Of a stretch of 64,000 nucleotides of DNA, positions 1-8,378 are shown in pieces (the first letter of the stretch is position 1; each line of letters begins with the position of its first letter). The notes beneath the pieces are model-generated. The model saw nothing but the letters and a program-made list of their open reading frames with translations, did not search any database and was not told where the DNA came from. The stretch spans positions 288,001 to 352,000 of the forward strand of contig OZ245777.1 in the NCBI GenBank assembly GCA_965227775.1. The letters run 5' to 3'. Source of the DNA: Phycisphaerales bacterium (GTDB lineage Bacteria; Planctomycetota; Phycisphaerae; Phycisphaerales; UBA1924). A program made the translations under genes and the position numbers.

Positions 1-450
1 GATATGCCCGTCGAGGTCGCCTTCCACAGCCAGCACCGCGGCGTTGAGAGCGGCAAGGTACTCGACGTGGACTACTTCAGCAGCTTCCTGGGCGAGTGGC
101 GCGACCTGACCGAGATCGTCTCCAACGGCGTCGACCAGTCGACCTTCGTCGCCAGCGCGATCGAGATCCCGCTGGATGCGTACGGCGATGGTTTCCGTGT
201 CCGCTTCAGCACGCCGGGCAGCGATGCCTCGGATCAGTGGTACATCGACGACATCGCCGTTCGGGTCATCAGCGACGACCCGACCTGCCGAGCCGACATG
301 GACGGCGACGGGGAGCTGACCATCTTCGACTTCCTCGAGTTCCAGAACCTGTTCGCTTCGGGCGATCCGCTCGCGGACTTCGACGGTGACGGCCAGCTCA
401 ACATCTTCGACTTCCTCGCGTTCCAGAACGAGTTTGCCGCTGGCTGCTGA
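1..450 (+). CDS. C-terminal part of a GC-type dockerin domain-anchored secreted protein (5' truncated by window edge)
   Basis: Ends in CRADMDGDGELTIFDFLEFQNLFASGDPLADFDGDGQLNIFDFLAFQNEFAAGC (two DxDGDG EF-hand-like repeats, terminal GC); preceded by a jelly-roll-like WYIDDIAV segment. Confidence 0.85.
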   Translation, partial: DMPVEVAFHSQHRGVESGKVLDVDYFSSFLGEWRDLTEIVSNGVDQSTFVASAIEIPLDAYGDGFRVRFSTPGSDASDQWYIDDIAVRVISDDPTCRADMDGDGELTIFDFLEFQNLFASGDPLADFDGDGQLNIFDFLAFQNEFAAGC

Positions 451-665
451 TCGGCTAGAACGCTGACAAGGCAAATCGACGCAGAGCCCGGCATTGTCCG
501 GGCTCTGCTCGTTCACGGTCCGGGCGCTGATCTTCCAGTCTTCACGAGCACGCTCCGCGGCCCACACAGCCCGCCCGTTGTCCGTCATCCTCGCAACGCA
601 CCCATGGGAGTTCGCGCTCAACCGCCAGTACTGCGGCCATTGCTACGACGCGGTGGCACGCCTGG

Positions 666-803
666 ATGAGCTCGAAGCGACAGTCGCCACGTGCATCGTC
701 ACGCCTTGCCGTGCCGTGCCAAGCCGACTTCGACTTCGATGGCGCGCTGATCATCTTCGACTTGTCGGCCTTCCAGAGCGTGTTCGACGCGGTCTACGAG
801 TAG
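666..803 (+). pseudogene. Degenerate orphan GC-type dockerin half-repeat (gene remnant)
   Basis: Frame 714-803 reads PCQADFDFDGALIIFDLSAFQSVFDAVYE*, aligning with CRADMDGDGELTIFDFLEFQNLF of the upstream gene; second repeat and terminal GC are missing. Confidence 0.6.
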
Positions 804-822
804 CGGACTTCCGCTCAACCGC

Positions 823-850
823 TTGACTCCTTCGAGCCGATGGGAATCAT
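823..850 (+). promoter_or_regulatory. Putative sigma70-type promoter of the lys leader
   Basis: TTGACT (823-828), 16 nt spacer, AATCAT (845-850), 7 nt before ATG 858. Confidence 0.4.
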
Positions 851-857
851 TGAATTC

Positions 858-941
858 ATGTCCAGCCGCCACGCCATCTCCTGCAAAGCCAAAGCCAAGG
901 GAACCAAACCCTCCGGCGATGGTCGCGTGCGCGTCCGCTAG
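858..941 (+). CDS. Lysine-rich attenuator leader peptide (27 aa)
   Basis: MSSRHAISCKAKAKGTKPSGDGRVRVR*; four Lys codons within 885-908, three of them AAA; alternative in-frame ATG at 840; lies before the terminator and lysW. Confidence 0.75.
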   Translation: MSSRHAISCKAKAKGTKPSGDGRVRVR

Positions 942-964
942 CTCCCCCTTGTAAGCACAATTGC

Positions 965-998
965 AAGGCCCGCCGGAACCACTCCGGCGAGCCTTTTT
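965..998 (+). terminator. Intrinsic terminator / attenuator hairpin upstream of lysW
   Basis: AAGGC-C-CGCCGGA loop ACCAC TCCGGCG-A-GCCTT, with T-run 994-998. Confidence 0.8.
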
Positions 999-1034
999 CG
1001 TCGTGTTTTCCTGCATTTTCGAAGGAGTATCACC

Positions 1035-1259
1035 ATGTCCCAAGTCGCTCAGCAAGCTATCACCCCCACCGCCACACCTGCCACCGAGACCATCACGGCC
1101 ACGTGCCCCGAGTGCGGCTCGACCATCACATTCGCCCGCGCCCCGCGCCGCCACGAGTTGGTTCGCTGCCCCGATTGTGGGGCCGAGCTCGAGGTCACAA
1201 GCGTCTCGCCCATCACCCTCGCGCTGGCCCCCGAGGTCGAGGAAGACTGGGGCGAATGA
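1035..1259 (+). CDS. lysW: Amino-group carrier protein LysW
   Basis: CPECG...CPDCGAELEV zinc ribbon and the diagnostic C-terminal EEDWGE; SD AAGGAG upstream. Confidence 0.97.
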   Translation: MSQVAQQAITPTATPATETITATCPECGSTITFARAPRRHELVRCPDCGAELEVTSVSPITLALAPEVEEDWGE

Positions 1260-1298
1260 GCAACACCCGCCATCTCGGACGCACGCCGGAGCCACGCC

Positions 1299-2183
1299 AT
1301 GAGACTGACACTGCTGCACACACGCATCCGCGTCGAAGAGCGACTGCTGCTCGACGAACTCGAACGCCGCGGCATCGACACCGAACTCGTGCTCGCCGAC
1401 GAGGCCGTCGTTGACCTCACCCAGCGGCACGAGGCGGCTGATGAGCCGCACGTCGTACTCGATCGGTGCCTGAGCCACAGCAAGGCCCTGGCCATCGTGC
1501 GTGCGTACGAGAGCCGCAGCGCGATCTGCATGAACCCCTCCGGCGTCACGCACGCATGCGGCGACAAGCTACTGACGACACTGTCGCTCACCGACGCAGG
1601 CGTGCCATCACCGCGCACGATCGCGGCGTTCGGGCCGGAGGGCGCCATCCAAGCGGCGGAGCAACTCGGCTACCCGGTGGTCATCAAGCCGTGCGTCGGC
1701 TCGTGGGGACGCATGGTGGGTCGTCTGAATGACCGCGACGCGCTCGAGGCGGTGCTCGAGCACAAGCTGACGCTGGGTGGCCCCCAGCACGGCGTGGTCT
1801 ACCTGCAGGAACTCATCCGCAAGCCCGACCGCGACATCCGCGCCTTCGTCGTGGGCGGGCAGACCATCGCCGCCATCATGCGCTACGGCGATCACTGGAT
1901 CACCAACACCGCGCGGGGCGGGCGGGCGGAGGGACTGCCCGTCTCGCCGGAGTTGGACGATCTGTGCCGTCGCGCCGCAACGGCCGTAGGCGGCACCGAT
2001 GCGAGTCTGCTCGCCGTCGACCTCATGGAGTGCCCGGATCGGGGCCTCGTGGTGTGTGAGGTCAATTCGACGATGGAATTCCGCAACTCCATCGAGACCA
2101 CGGGCGTCGACATCCCGGCCCGCATCATCGACCATGTCGTCCAGATTGCCGAGGCGGCAGACGCCCGGGCGGTGGTGGCATGA
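1299..2183 (+). CDS. lysX: Alpha-aminoadipate--LysW ligase (RimK-type ATP-grasp)
   Basis: RIRVEERLL, KPCVGSWGR, QELIRKPDRDIRAFV, WITNTARGG, EVNSTMEFRNS; adjacent to lysW. Confidence 0.93.
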   Translation: MRLTLLHTRIRVEERLLLDELERRGIDTELVLADEAVVDLTQRHEAADEPHVVLDRCLSHSKALAIVRAYESRSAICMNPSGVTHACGDKLLTTLSLTDAGVPSPRTIAAFGPEGAIQAAEQLGYPVVIKPCVGSWGRMVGRLNDRDALEAVLEHKLTLGGPQHGVVYLQELIRKPDRDIRAFVVGGQTIAAIMRYGDHWITNTARGGRAEGLPVSPELDDLCRRAATAVGGTDASLLAVDLMECPDRGLVVCEVNSTMEFRNSIETTGVDIPARIIDHVVQIAEAADARAVVA

Positions 2184-3208
2184 GCATCCGGGTAGGCATC
2201 GTCGGCGGCGCGGGATTCACGGGAGGAGAGCTTCTTCGTTTGCTGGCCGTGCACCCGCAGGCCACCGTCACCTGGGCCACCTCGCGCGGTCGGGCGGGAT
2301 GGCCGATCTCGTCTGTGCATCCCAACCTCCGCGGCGTGCTCGACCTGGCGTTCATCGATCCAGAGGAGATCGACCGCGTCGACGTCGTCTTCCTCTGCCT
2401 GCCGCACGGCGAGACGGCCGGCAGCATCGAGCGATACGCGGCGCTCGCCTACCGCGTGATTGACCTCAGCAGCGACTTCCGTCTCCGGGACCCTGACCTC
2501 TATGAACGAACTTACGGCCAGCCGCACACAGCCCCGGACTGGCTCGACCGGTTCGTCTACGGCCTGCCCGAGGTCTACCGCGACCAACTCAGCGACGCGC
2601 GCTACATCAGTGGTGTTGGTTGCAACGCGACGGCCATGAACCTCGCGCTGCTGCCGCTCGCCCGCGCGGGCGTCATCGACCGAGTGATCGCCGACGTCAA
2701 GGTCGGCTCAAGCGAGTCCGGCGCCGAGCCGAGCGCCGCGAGCAACCACGCCGAACGCAGAAACGCCCTGCGCACGTTTGCTCCGGTCTCACACCGCCAC
2801 GCGGCCGAGGTCGAGCAGGCTTGCGGCGACTTCCCGCTGCACGTCACCGCGACCACCACCGACCTCGTGCGCGGCGTACTGGCAACATGCCACGTGCTGA
2901 CCAATCGCGAGCTCTCTGATAAGGACGCTTGGCAGCTCTACAGAGACACGTACGGCAACGATCCGTTCGTTCGCATAGTGCGCGAGCGTCGCGGGCTCTA
3001 CCGCCTGCCCGAGCCCAAGATTCTCGCTGGAACGAACTACGCCGACGTCGGATTCGCGATCGAGCCGGGCGCGAACCGCATCGTGTCACTGTGCGCCATC
3101 GACAACCTCGGAAAGGGCGCCGCCGGCTGCGCTGTCCAGTCCATGAACATTGCCTGCGGCTTCGACGAGGCCGCCGGACTCACATTCCCGGGCCTGCACC
3201 CGGCGTAG
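2180..3208 (+). CDS. lysY: [LysW]-aminoadipyl-phosphate reductase (ArgC family)
   Basis: GGAGFTGGELLRLL, CLPHG, DLSSDFRL, YGLPE, GCNATA, IDNLGKGAAG; operon context. Confidence 0.92.
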   Translation: MSIRVGIVGGAGFTGGELLRLLAVHPQATVTWATSRGRAGWPISSVHPNLRGVLDLAFIDPEEIDRVDVVFLCLPHGETAGSIERYAALAYRVIDLSSDFRLRDPDLYERTYGQPHTAPDWLDRFVYGLPEVYRDQLSDARYISGVGCNATAMNLALLPLARAGVIDRVIADVKVGSSESGAEPSAASNHAERRNALRTFAPVSHRHAAEVEQACGDFPLHVTATTTDLVRGVLATCHVLTNRELSDKDAWQLYRDTYGNDPFVRIVRERRGLYRLPEPKILAGTNYADVGFAIEPGANRIVSLCAIDNLGKGAAGCAVQSMNIACGFDEAAGLTFPGLHPA

Positions 3209-3217
3209 GAGCGCACC

Positions 3218-4018
3218 ATGATCGTGATCAAGATCGGTGGAGCCGAGGGCATCGGGCCCGAGCACGCGTGCGACGACATCGTCCATCTCGTTGCCGATGG
3301 CGAGCAGGCCGTCGTCGTCCACGGCGGCTCGCACGAGACCAACACGCTCAGCCAGCGCTTGGGCATCGAGCCCAGGTTCATTACCAGCCCGAGCGGGCAC
3401 TCCAGCCGTTACACCGACGCAGCGGCCATCGATGTCTTCCAGATGGCGTGCCGACGGCTCAACGCCCGCATCGTGGGCATGCTGCGCGAGCGCGGCATCG
3501 ACGCCGTGGGTCTGAGTGGCATCGACGGCGGGCTATGGACCGGCACGCGCAAGGCAGCCATCCGAGCGGTCGACAACGGCGTCACGACCATCATCCGCGA
3601 CGATCACAGCGGCCGGATCGACCGCGTCGACGCCACGATGCTGCGCTCGCTGCTGGCAATCGGCAAGGTCCCCGTGCTCTGCCCGCCGGCCATCAGCCAC
3701 GACCACGAGCCCATCAACGTCGACGCCGATCGGGCCGCAGCGCAAACGGCGGGCGCGATCGATGCGAACACCTTGGTCATCCTCTCCAACGTCCCGGGTC
3801 TGCTGCGCGCATTCCCCGACGAGTCGACGCTGGTGCCGAGCCTTGCCCGAACCGAATTGGACAGCGCCATCGAGCTCGCGCGGGGCCGGATGAAGCGCAA
3901 GATGCTCGCCGCGGGCGAGGCGATCGATGCGGGTGTCGCACGCGTCGTGCTGGCCGACGCGCGCCGGGAGCGCCCCATCCGCCGCGCACTCGAAGGACAA
4001 GGAACCGTGCTGACATGA
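3218..4018 (+). CDS. lysZ: [LysW]-aminoadipate kinase (ArgB family)
   Basis: VIKIGG, VVHGG, SGHSSRYTD, NVDADRAA, LSNVPGLL, GRMKRK. Confidence 0.93.
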   Translation: MIVIKIGGAEGIGPEHACDDIVHLVADGEQAVVVHGGSHETNTLSQRLGIEPRFITSPSGHSSRYTDAAAIDVFQMACRRLNARIVGMLRERGIDAVGLSGIDGGLWTGTRKAAIRAVDNGVTTIIRDDHSGRIDRVDATMLRSLLAIGKVPVLCPPAISHDHEPINVDADRAAAQTAGAIDANTLVILSNVPGLLRAFPDESTLVPSLARTELDSAIELARGRMKRKMLAAGEAIDAGVARVVLADARRERPIRRALEGQGTVLT

Positions 4019-5106
4019 ACGCATCGGACCACGACGCTATCGCCCTGCTGCGCGACCTGGTCGGCACGCCCAGCGTCTCAGGACAGGAGTACGAAGCTGT
4101 GCTCTTGCTCGTGCAGCGCATGCATGCCCTTGGTCTAGACGCCCGCATCGACGAGGCCGGCAACGCCGTCGGCGTTATCGGCAGCGATGCGCCCGAAGCG
4201 ACCGAGATCCTGCTGCTGGGCCACATCGACACCGTACCGGGCCAGATCCCCATCCGAATCGAGGACGGCGTGCTCTGGGGTCGCGGGTCGGTCGACGCCA
4301 AGGGCCCGCTGTGCGCTCTCGCCGCCGCCGCTGCGACCGCAAACCTGCCGGAACACACACGACTCGTCGTCATCGGCGCGCTCGGCGAGGAAACACCCTC
4401 GTCGCCCGGCGCGTCGTTCGTCCGAGACAGATACCGCCCGTCCGCCTGCCTCATCGGCGAACCCAGCGGCTGGGATCGCTTTGCCATCGGCTACAAGGGC
4501 CGCCTGCTCGCCCATGCTACGTTCGCGCAAGATTCTGGCCACAGCGCCGGGCCGGTGGGCTCGGTCGCCGAGGCCGCCATCGCGTGGCACCGCCGCGTCA
4601 CCGCGCACGTCGATGAGTGGAACCTGGGCCACGAGGGCAACTTCAATACGGTGCAATCGAGCGTACAGAGCTTCAACACCGGCAGCGATGGGCTTCAGGA
4701 CACCGCAACCGTAACGCTCGGCTTCCGGCTTCCCACGTGGATCGGGCCGAATGACCTCCAAGAGTGCTTGCAACGCATCTCCCCCGATGTTTCTGTTCGC
4801 TTCGAGGGGCACGCCAACGCTCACCGGGGAGATCGCTCGGGACCCATCGCCAGCGCACTGTCGGGCGCCATCGGCTCGCTCGATGGGCGCCCGACCGCGA
4901 CCGTCAAGACCGGTACCAGCGACATGAACACCGTCGCCAACGCCTTCGGCTGCCCCATCGTCGCCTACGGGCCGGGCGACAGCACGCTCGACCACACGCC
5001 GCACGAGAGGTTGGATTTGAGTGAGTACCTCCGCGCCATCGAGGTGCTCCGCCAAGCGATTCCCGAGTTGGCCCTCGCGCTCAGCCCCGCACGCTGCGCG
5101 ACATGA
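4015..5106 (+). CDS. lysK: [LysW]-lysine hydrolase (M20 peptidase family)
   Basis: GHIDTVPG, GRGSVDAKG, GEPSG, KTGTSDMN, YGPGDSTLDHTPHE; ATG at 4015 overlaps the lysZ stop (ATGA). Confidence 0.92.
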   Translation: MNASDHDAIALLRDLVGTPSVSGQEYEAVLLLVQRMHALGLDARIDEAGNAVGVIGSDAPEATEILLLGHIDTVPGQIPIRIEDGVLWGRGSVDAKGPLCALAAAAATANLPEHTRLVVIGALGEETPSSPGASFVRDRYRPSACLIGEPSGWDRFAIGYKGRLLAHATFAQDSGHSAGPVGSVAEAAIAWHRRVTAHVDEWNLGHEGNFNTVQSSVQSFNTGSDGLQDTATVTLGFRLPTWIGPNDLQECLQRISPDVSVRFEGHANAHRGDRSGPIASALSGAIGSLDGRPTATVKTGTSDMNTVANAFGCPIVAYGPGDSTLDHTPHERLDLSEYLRAIEVLRQAIPELALALSPARCAT

Positions 5107-5830
5107 CCTGCTTCATGTCGGCCACGGCCGTCCGAAAGCCGCTGTAGATCGCCCGGCTCACGATCGCGTGCCCAATGTGCAGTTCCTCGACACCCGGTAG
5201 CGCGGCGATCGGCCCGACGTTGTGGTAGTTCAGCGCATGCCCCGCGTTGAAGCGCATGCCCTTCGACGAGATCTGCGCGCCGGCGTGCGCCACGGCCTCG
5301 AGCGCTGCTGAGAGCTCTTGTCGCCGAAAGTCACCCCCGCAACGCGCCCACGCGTGCGCGTACGGCCCGGTGTGCACCTCGCACACGTCGAAGTCGGCGG
5401 CGTGAGCCGCCTCCACCTGCGATAGAACGGGATCGATGAACGCGCTCACGATCAGCCCGGCCTCCTTGAGCCGACGAACCACTCCGGTGAGCGCATCAAG
5501 CTGCCCCGCGACGTCGAGCCCGCCCTCCGTGGTCACCTCCTGACGGCCCTCGGGAACGAGCATCGCCGTGTGCGGCGTCAACTCACAGGCAAAGTCGACC
5601 ATGGCATCCGTCGCGGCCATCTCCAGGTTCAGGCGCACGTTGACGGTGTCGCGCAGGCGTCGCAGGTCGTGGTCCTGTACGTGGCGCCGATCCTCGCGAA
5701 GGTGGGCGGTGATGCCGTCGGCACCGCCGAGTTCGGCTTCATGCGCCGCGCGCACGGGGTCGGGCTCGACGCCCCGTCGCGCCTGGCGGACCGTAGCCAC
5801 GTGATCAACGTTGACGCTCAGCTGCACCAT
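5081..5830 (-). CDS. pdxJ: Pyridoxine 5'-phosphate synthase
   Basis: LSVNVDHVATVRQAR, GITAHLREDRRH, NLEMA, TTEGGLD, HTGPYA, AGHALNY, IGHAIV. Confidence 0.97.
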   Translation of the reverse strand: MVQLSVNVDHVATVRQARRGVEPDPVRAAHEAELGGADGITAHLREDRRHVQDHDLRRLRDTVNVRLNLEMAATDAMVDFACELTPHTAMLVPEGRQEVTTEGGLDVAGQLDALTGVVRRLKEAGLIVSAFIDPVLSQVEAAHAADFDVCEVHTGPYAHAWARCGGDFRRQELSAALEAVAHAGAQISSKGMRFNAGHALNYHNVGPIAALPGVEELHIGHAIVSRAIYSGFRTAVADMKQVMSRSVRG

Positions 5831-5852
5831 GGCCAAGCCTATGCCGCGCGTG

Positions 5853-6785
5853 CTAGCGCTCGGCCTCGAAGCTCAGGCTCAATACCGCGAGCGCCAGAAT
5901 GTGCCGGCGATCGACGGCCGCCTCGCTCTCAGCCCGGCGGTCGAACGCCTCCTCGATGTCAAGCCGCATCGCGCTGCCGTCGTCCAGCCGGTGCCCGGTC
6001 GCCACGAGCCGACCACCCAGCCTGAACTCCATGCGCTTCCACGGCCCGTTAAACGCCAGCGCCAGACCGATGGGCCCGGAAACAAGGCTGCCCACGATGG
6101 ACGCGAGATTGAGATACTCGCGCACGATGGAGACCGCCAACTCGGGCGTCTTGCCCTCAGGCACACGCTCCTCGCTGCCCATTGCCGCGCTCCACGCGTA
6201 GAGCCGGGCCGCGAGGCTCGACACTTCCGCAGCGGCGGCCGCCGACTTTTCTTCCTCGGTCTGCGGCGGTGGCTCGACAGGCTCGAACCCTCGCACCCGC
6301 CACTTCCCCAGGCGTCGGGCCACGTCCCCGAACATCCACCCTCGTTCGTCCAGCAGCGAATACCACGATTGCTCGCCCGACCGCTCGGCGAGCGTCATGA
6401 GCGGCGTCCGCTCCAATCCACCTGGCAAGTCGTCATGGAAGCGATACTCGCGCGTCGGCTGGGCCATGAGTACGACAACCAGACCCACCAGGCCGACGGC
6501 AACCGCCATCGCAAAGCCCAGCAACGGCGGCAGCCCGATACCGATCGGGATGAGTGCCGCCAGCAGCACCGTGAGCAGCACGCCGGCAAGAACGACAAAG
6601 AACCGCGTCCGGTTCACCCGCGGACGCACCGCCAACAGCAAGCGCACCGCCGAGTCGCGGATGCCGATGCGAACACGCTCACCGTAACGATCCTGCACGC
6701 GAACCAGGACGAACTCGTTGCCGTCGACCAGCAGGTCGAGCCCGTCGACCGGCGGCACGAGTTCTGCTGGTCCGAGCGTCGCCAT
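5853..6785 (-). CDS. Hypothetical membrane protein (two N-terminal TM helices; possibly scramblase/LURP-like C-terminus)
   Basis: Hydrophobic hairpin; C-terminal DRRHILALAVL; co-oriented between rho and pdxJ. Confidence 0.65.
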   Translation of the reverse strand: MATLGPAELVPPVDGLDLLVDGNEFVLVRVQDRYGERVRIGIRDSAVRLLLAVRPRVNRTRFFVVLAGVLLTVLLAALIPIGIGLPPLLGFAMAVAVGLVGLVVVLMAQPTREYRFHDDLPGGLERTPLMTLAERSGEQSWYSLLDERGWMFGDVARRLGKWRVRGFEPVEPPPQTEEEKSAAAAAEVSSLAARLYAWSAAMGSEERVPEGKTPELAVSIVREYLNLASIVGSLVSGPIGLALAFNGPWKRMEFRLGGRLVATGHRLDDGSAMRLDIEEAFDRRAESEAAVDRRHILALAVLSLSFEAER

Positions 6786-6795
6786 CGTGCTCGGT

Positions 6796-8049
6796 TCAGG
6801 CCGGGCTCGCCGATCGGTTCGTGCCGATCAGCGCCTCGTTGCTCTCGAAACGCTTGAGCGCGTTGAGCAACTGCTCGATCTGCTGAGGCGGCGGCATCGA
6901 GAGCAACCGCCGGCGGAGCGCGTTGACGGTCTCCAGCTCCTGCTTGGGCATCAACAGGTCTTCCTTGCGCGTCCCGCTCGCCGCGAGGTTCATCGCAGGG
7001 AACAGCCGGCGCTCGGCTACCTTGCGGTCGAGAATGAGCTCCATGTTGCCGCTGCCCTTGAACTCTTCGAAGATCACCTGATCGCCCTGGCCACCGGTGT
7101 CGACAAGCGCCGTGGCGATGATCGTGAGCGAGCCGGCCTCTTCGGTCTGACGGGCGGCACCGAAGATCTGGCGCGGTACCTCCAGCGCCTTGCTGTCGAT
7201 GCCGCCGCTCAGCGTGCGGCCGCTGCTCGAATACTCACGCGATCGGTTGAACGCCCGGCCGAGCCTCGTCAGCGAGTCGAGGATGATGACAACATCCTTG
7301 CCAAGCTCGACGAGCCGCTTACAACGCTCCATGGTCACGGTCGCCACCTGGATGTGTCGCTCGGCATCGTGGTCGGCGCTAGACGCCACCACCGTCACAC
7401 GCGAGCTGTCCCAAGGCCGATCCGGATCTCCAGCACCATGACCGGTCAGCGAGCGGCGGAAGTCCGTGACCTCCTCCGGCCGTTCGTCGACAAGGAGCAC
7501 GAACAGTTCGGTGTTGTCGTGGTTGTGCAGGATCGCGGTGGCGATGTCCTTCAACAGAGTCGTCTTGCCGGCCTTGGGTGGGCTCACCACCATAGCGCGC
7601 TGCCCGAATCCAATCGGGCAGAACATGTCGACGAGGCGGCACGACGCGGGGCAGCCCCGATACTCGAGTGTCATGCGCGGGCACGGGTCGACAGTCGTCA
7701 GCTCTTCGAACGGTGTCGGTTGGGGCGCATCTTCGGGGTGGCCGCCCTCGATCTTCAGCACGCGCTCGGCGACCGGCGCCTTCGTGCCGGCGCTCTTTTG
7801 CGGGCGCCGGTTGCGGCGGTTGCGATTGCGACCACCGCCCTGGCCGTTCTGGCCGACGCTCGCTTGCTTCTCGCCAAGGCGCACCTCGACCTGCATGCCA
7901 GGCTTGAGCCCGAAGCGATCGACGAGTGATCGCGGCAGGATTGGGTCGTCATCGCGGAATTGCACGGTATCGCCCACAATGGGCCGAAGCCGGACATCCC
8001 CGCGCCGTGGTTGGTCCACCAGGCCGGAAAAGGTCGTCATGTTGTCCAT
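6796..8049 (-). CDS. rho: Transcription termination factor Rho (short, atypical N-terminus)
   Basis: PIGFGQR, SPPKAGKT, LVDERPEEVTDF, LDSLTRL, GSLTIIATALVDTG, FEEFKGSGNMEL, SGTRKEDLL; likely start MDNMTT. Confidence 0.95.
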   Translation of the reverse strand: MDNMTTFSGLVDQPRRGDVRLRPIVGDTVQFRDDDPILPRSLVDRFGLKPGMQVEVRLGEKQASVGQNGQGGGRNRNRRNRRPQKSAGTKAPVAERVLKIEGGHPEDAPQPTPFEELTTVDPCPRMTLEYRGCPASCRLVDMFCPIGFGQRAMVVSPPKAGKTTLLKDIATAILHNHDNTELFVLLVDERPEEVTDFRRSLTGHGAGDPDRPWDSSRVTVVASSADHDAERHIQVATVTMERCKRLVELGKDVVIILDSLTRLGRAFNRSREYSSSGRTLSGGIDSKALEVPRQIFGAARQTEEAGSLTIIATALVDTGGQGDQVIFEEFKGSGNMELILDRKVAERRLFPAMNLAASGTRKEDLLMPKQELETVNALRRRLLSMPPPQQIEQLLNALKRFESNEALIGTNRSASPA

Positions 8050-8378
8050 CGTCCGCGAGATCCCCGCGTCAAGGAGCCAGACGAGGCCCCGGTCGCGAAG
8101 ATCGGCTTCCCTGTGGTATCGGTCCGCCAGGGGGCAACGCTTTGGGCCGCCCGGCGTGACTGGCGTATCAGAGGCGTGCATCGCTCCGATGTCAAACAAG
8201 CCCTGTCGGGCAATCGGGCATTCCCAGCCCCGCACACGCCTCAGCATGATCTACGCATGGCCAGCCTCGCCGGATTCGACTATGCTCGGCGTTTGCAGGG
8301 TGCGGGGTTATCGGTAGCCCAACGACCGCACTCGCTCGGCGTCCATCATCCCTCGTTCTTTCGGAGCCCGTCCCCGTC

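Noticed and set aside
494..826. 110-aa ORF in the track
   Set aside because: TTG start, no recognisable motifs; the meaningful dockerin-like signal is in a different frame
1035..2183. Small peptide + ATP-grasp ligase read as a RiPP (graspetide) cluster
   Set aside because: The peptide has the LysW zinc ribbon and EDWGE end, and is followed by lysY/Z/K; this is primary metabolism
2929..4014. 725-aa ORF suggesting a LysK N-terminal fusion
   Set aside because: The extension is an Arg-rich off-frame read-through overlapping lysY/lysZ; the true start is ATG 4015
8272..8282. GGATTCGAC resembling the tmRNA 5' motif
   Set aside because: No GGGG 5' end, tag ORF or tRNA-like 3' end recognisable
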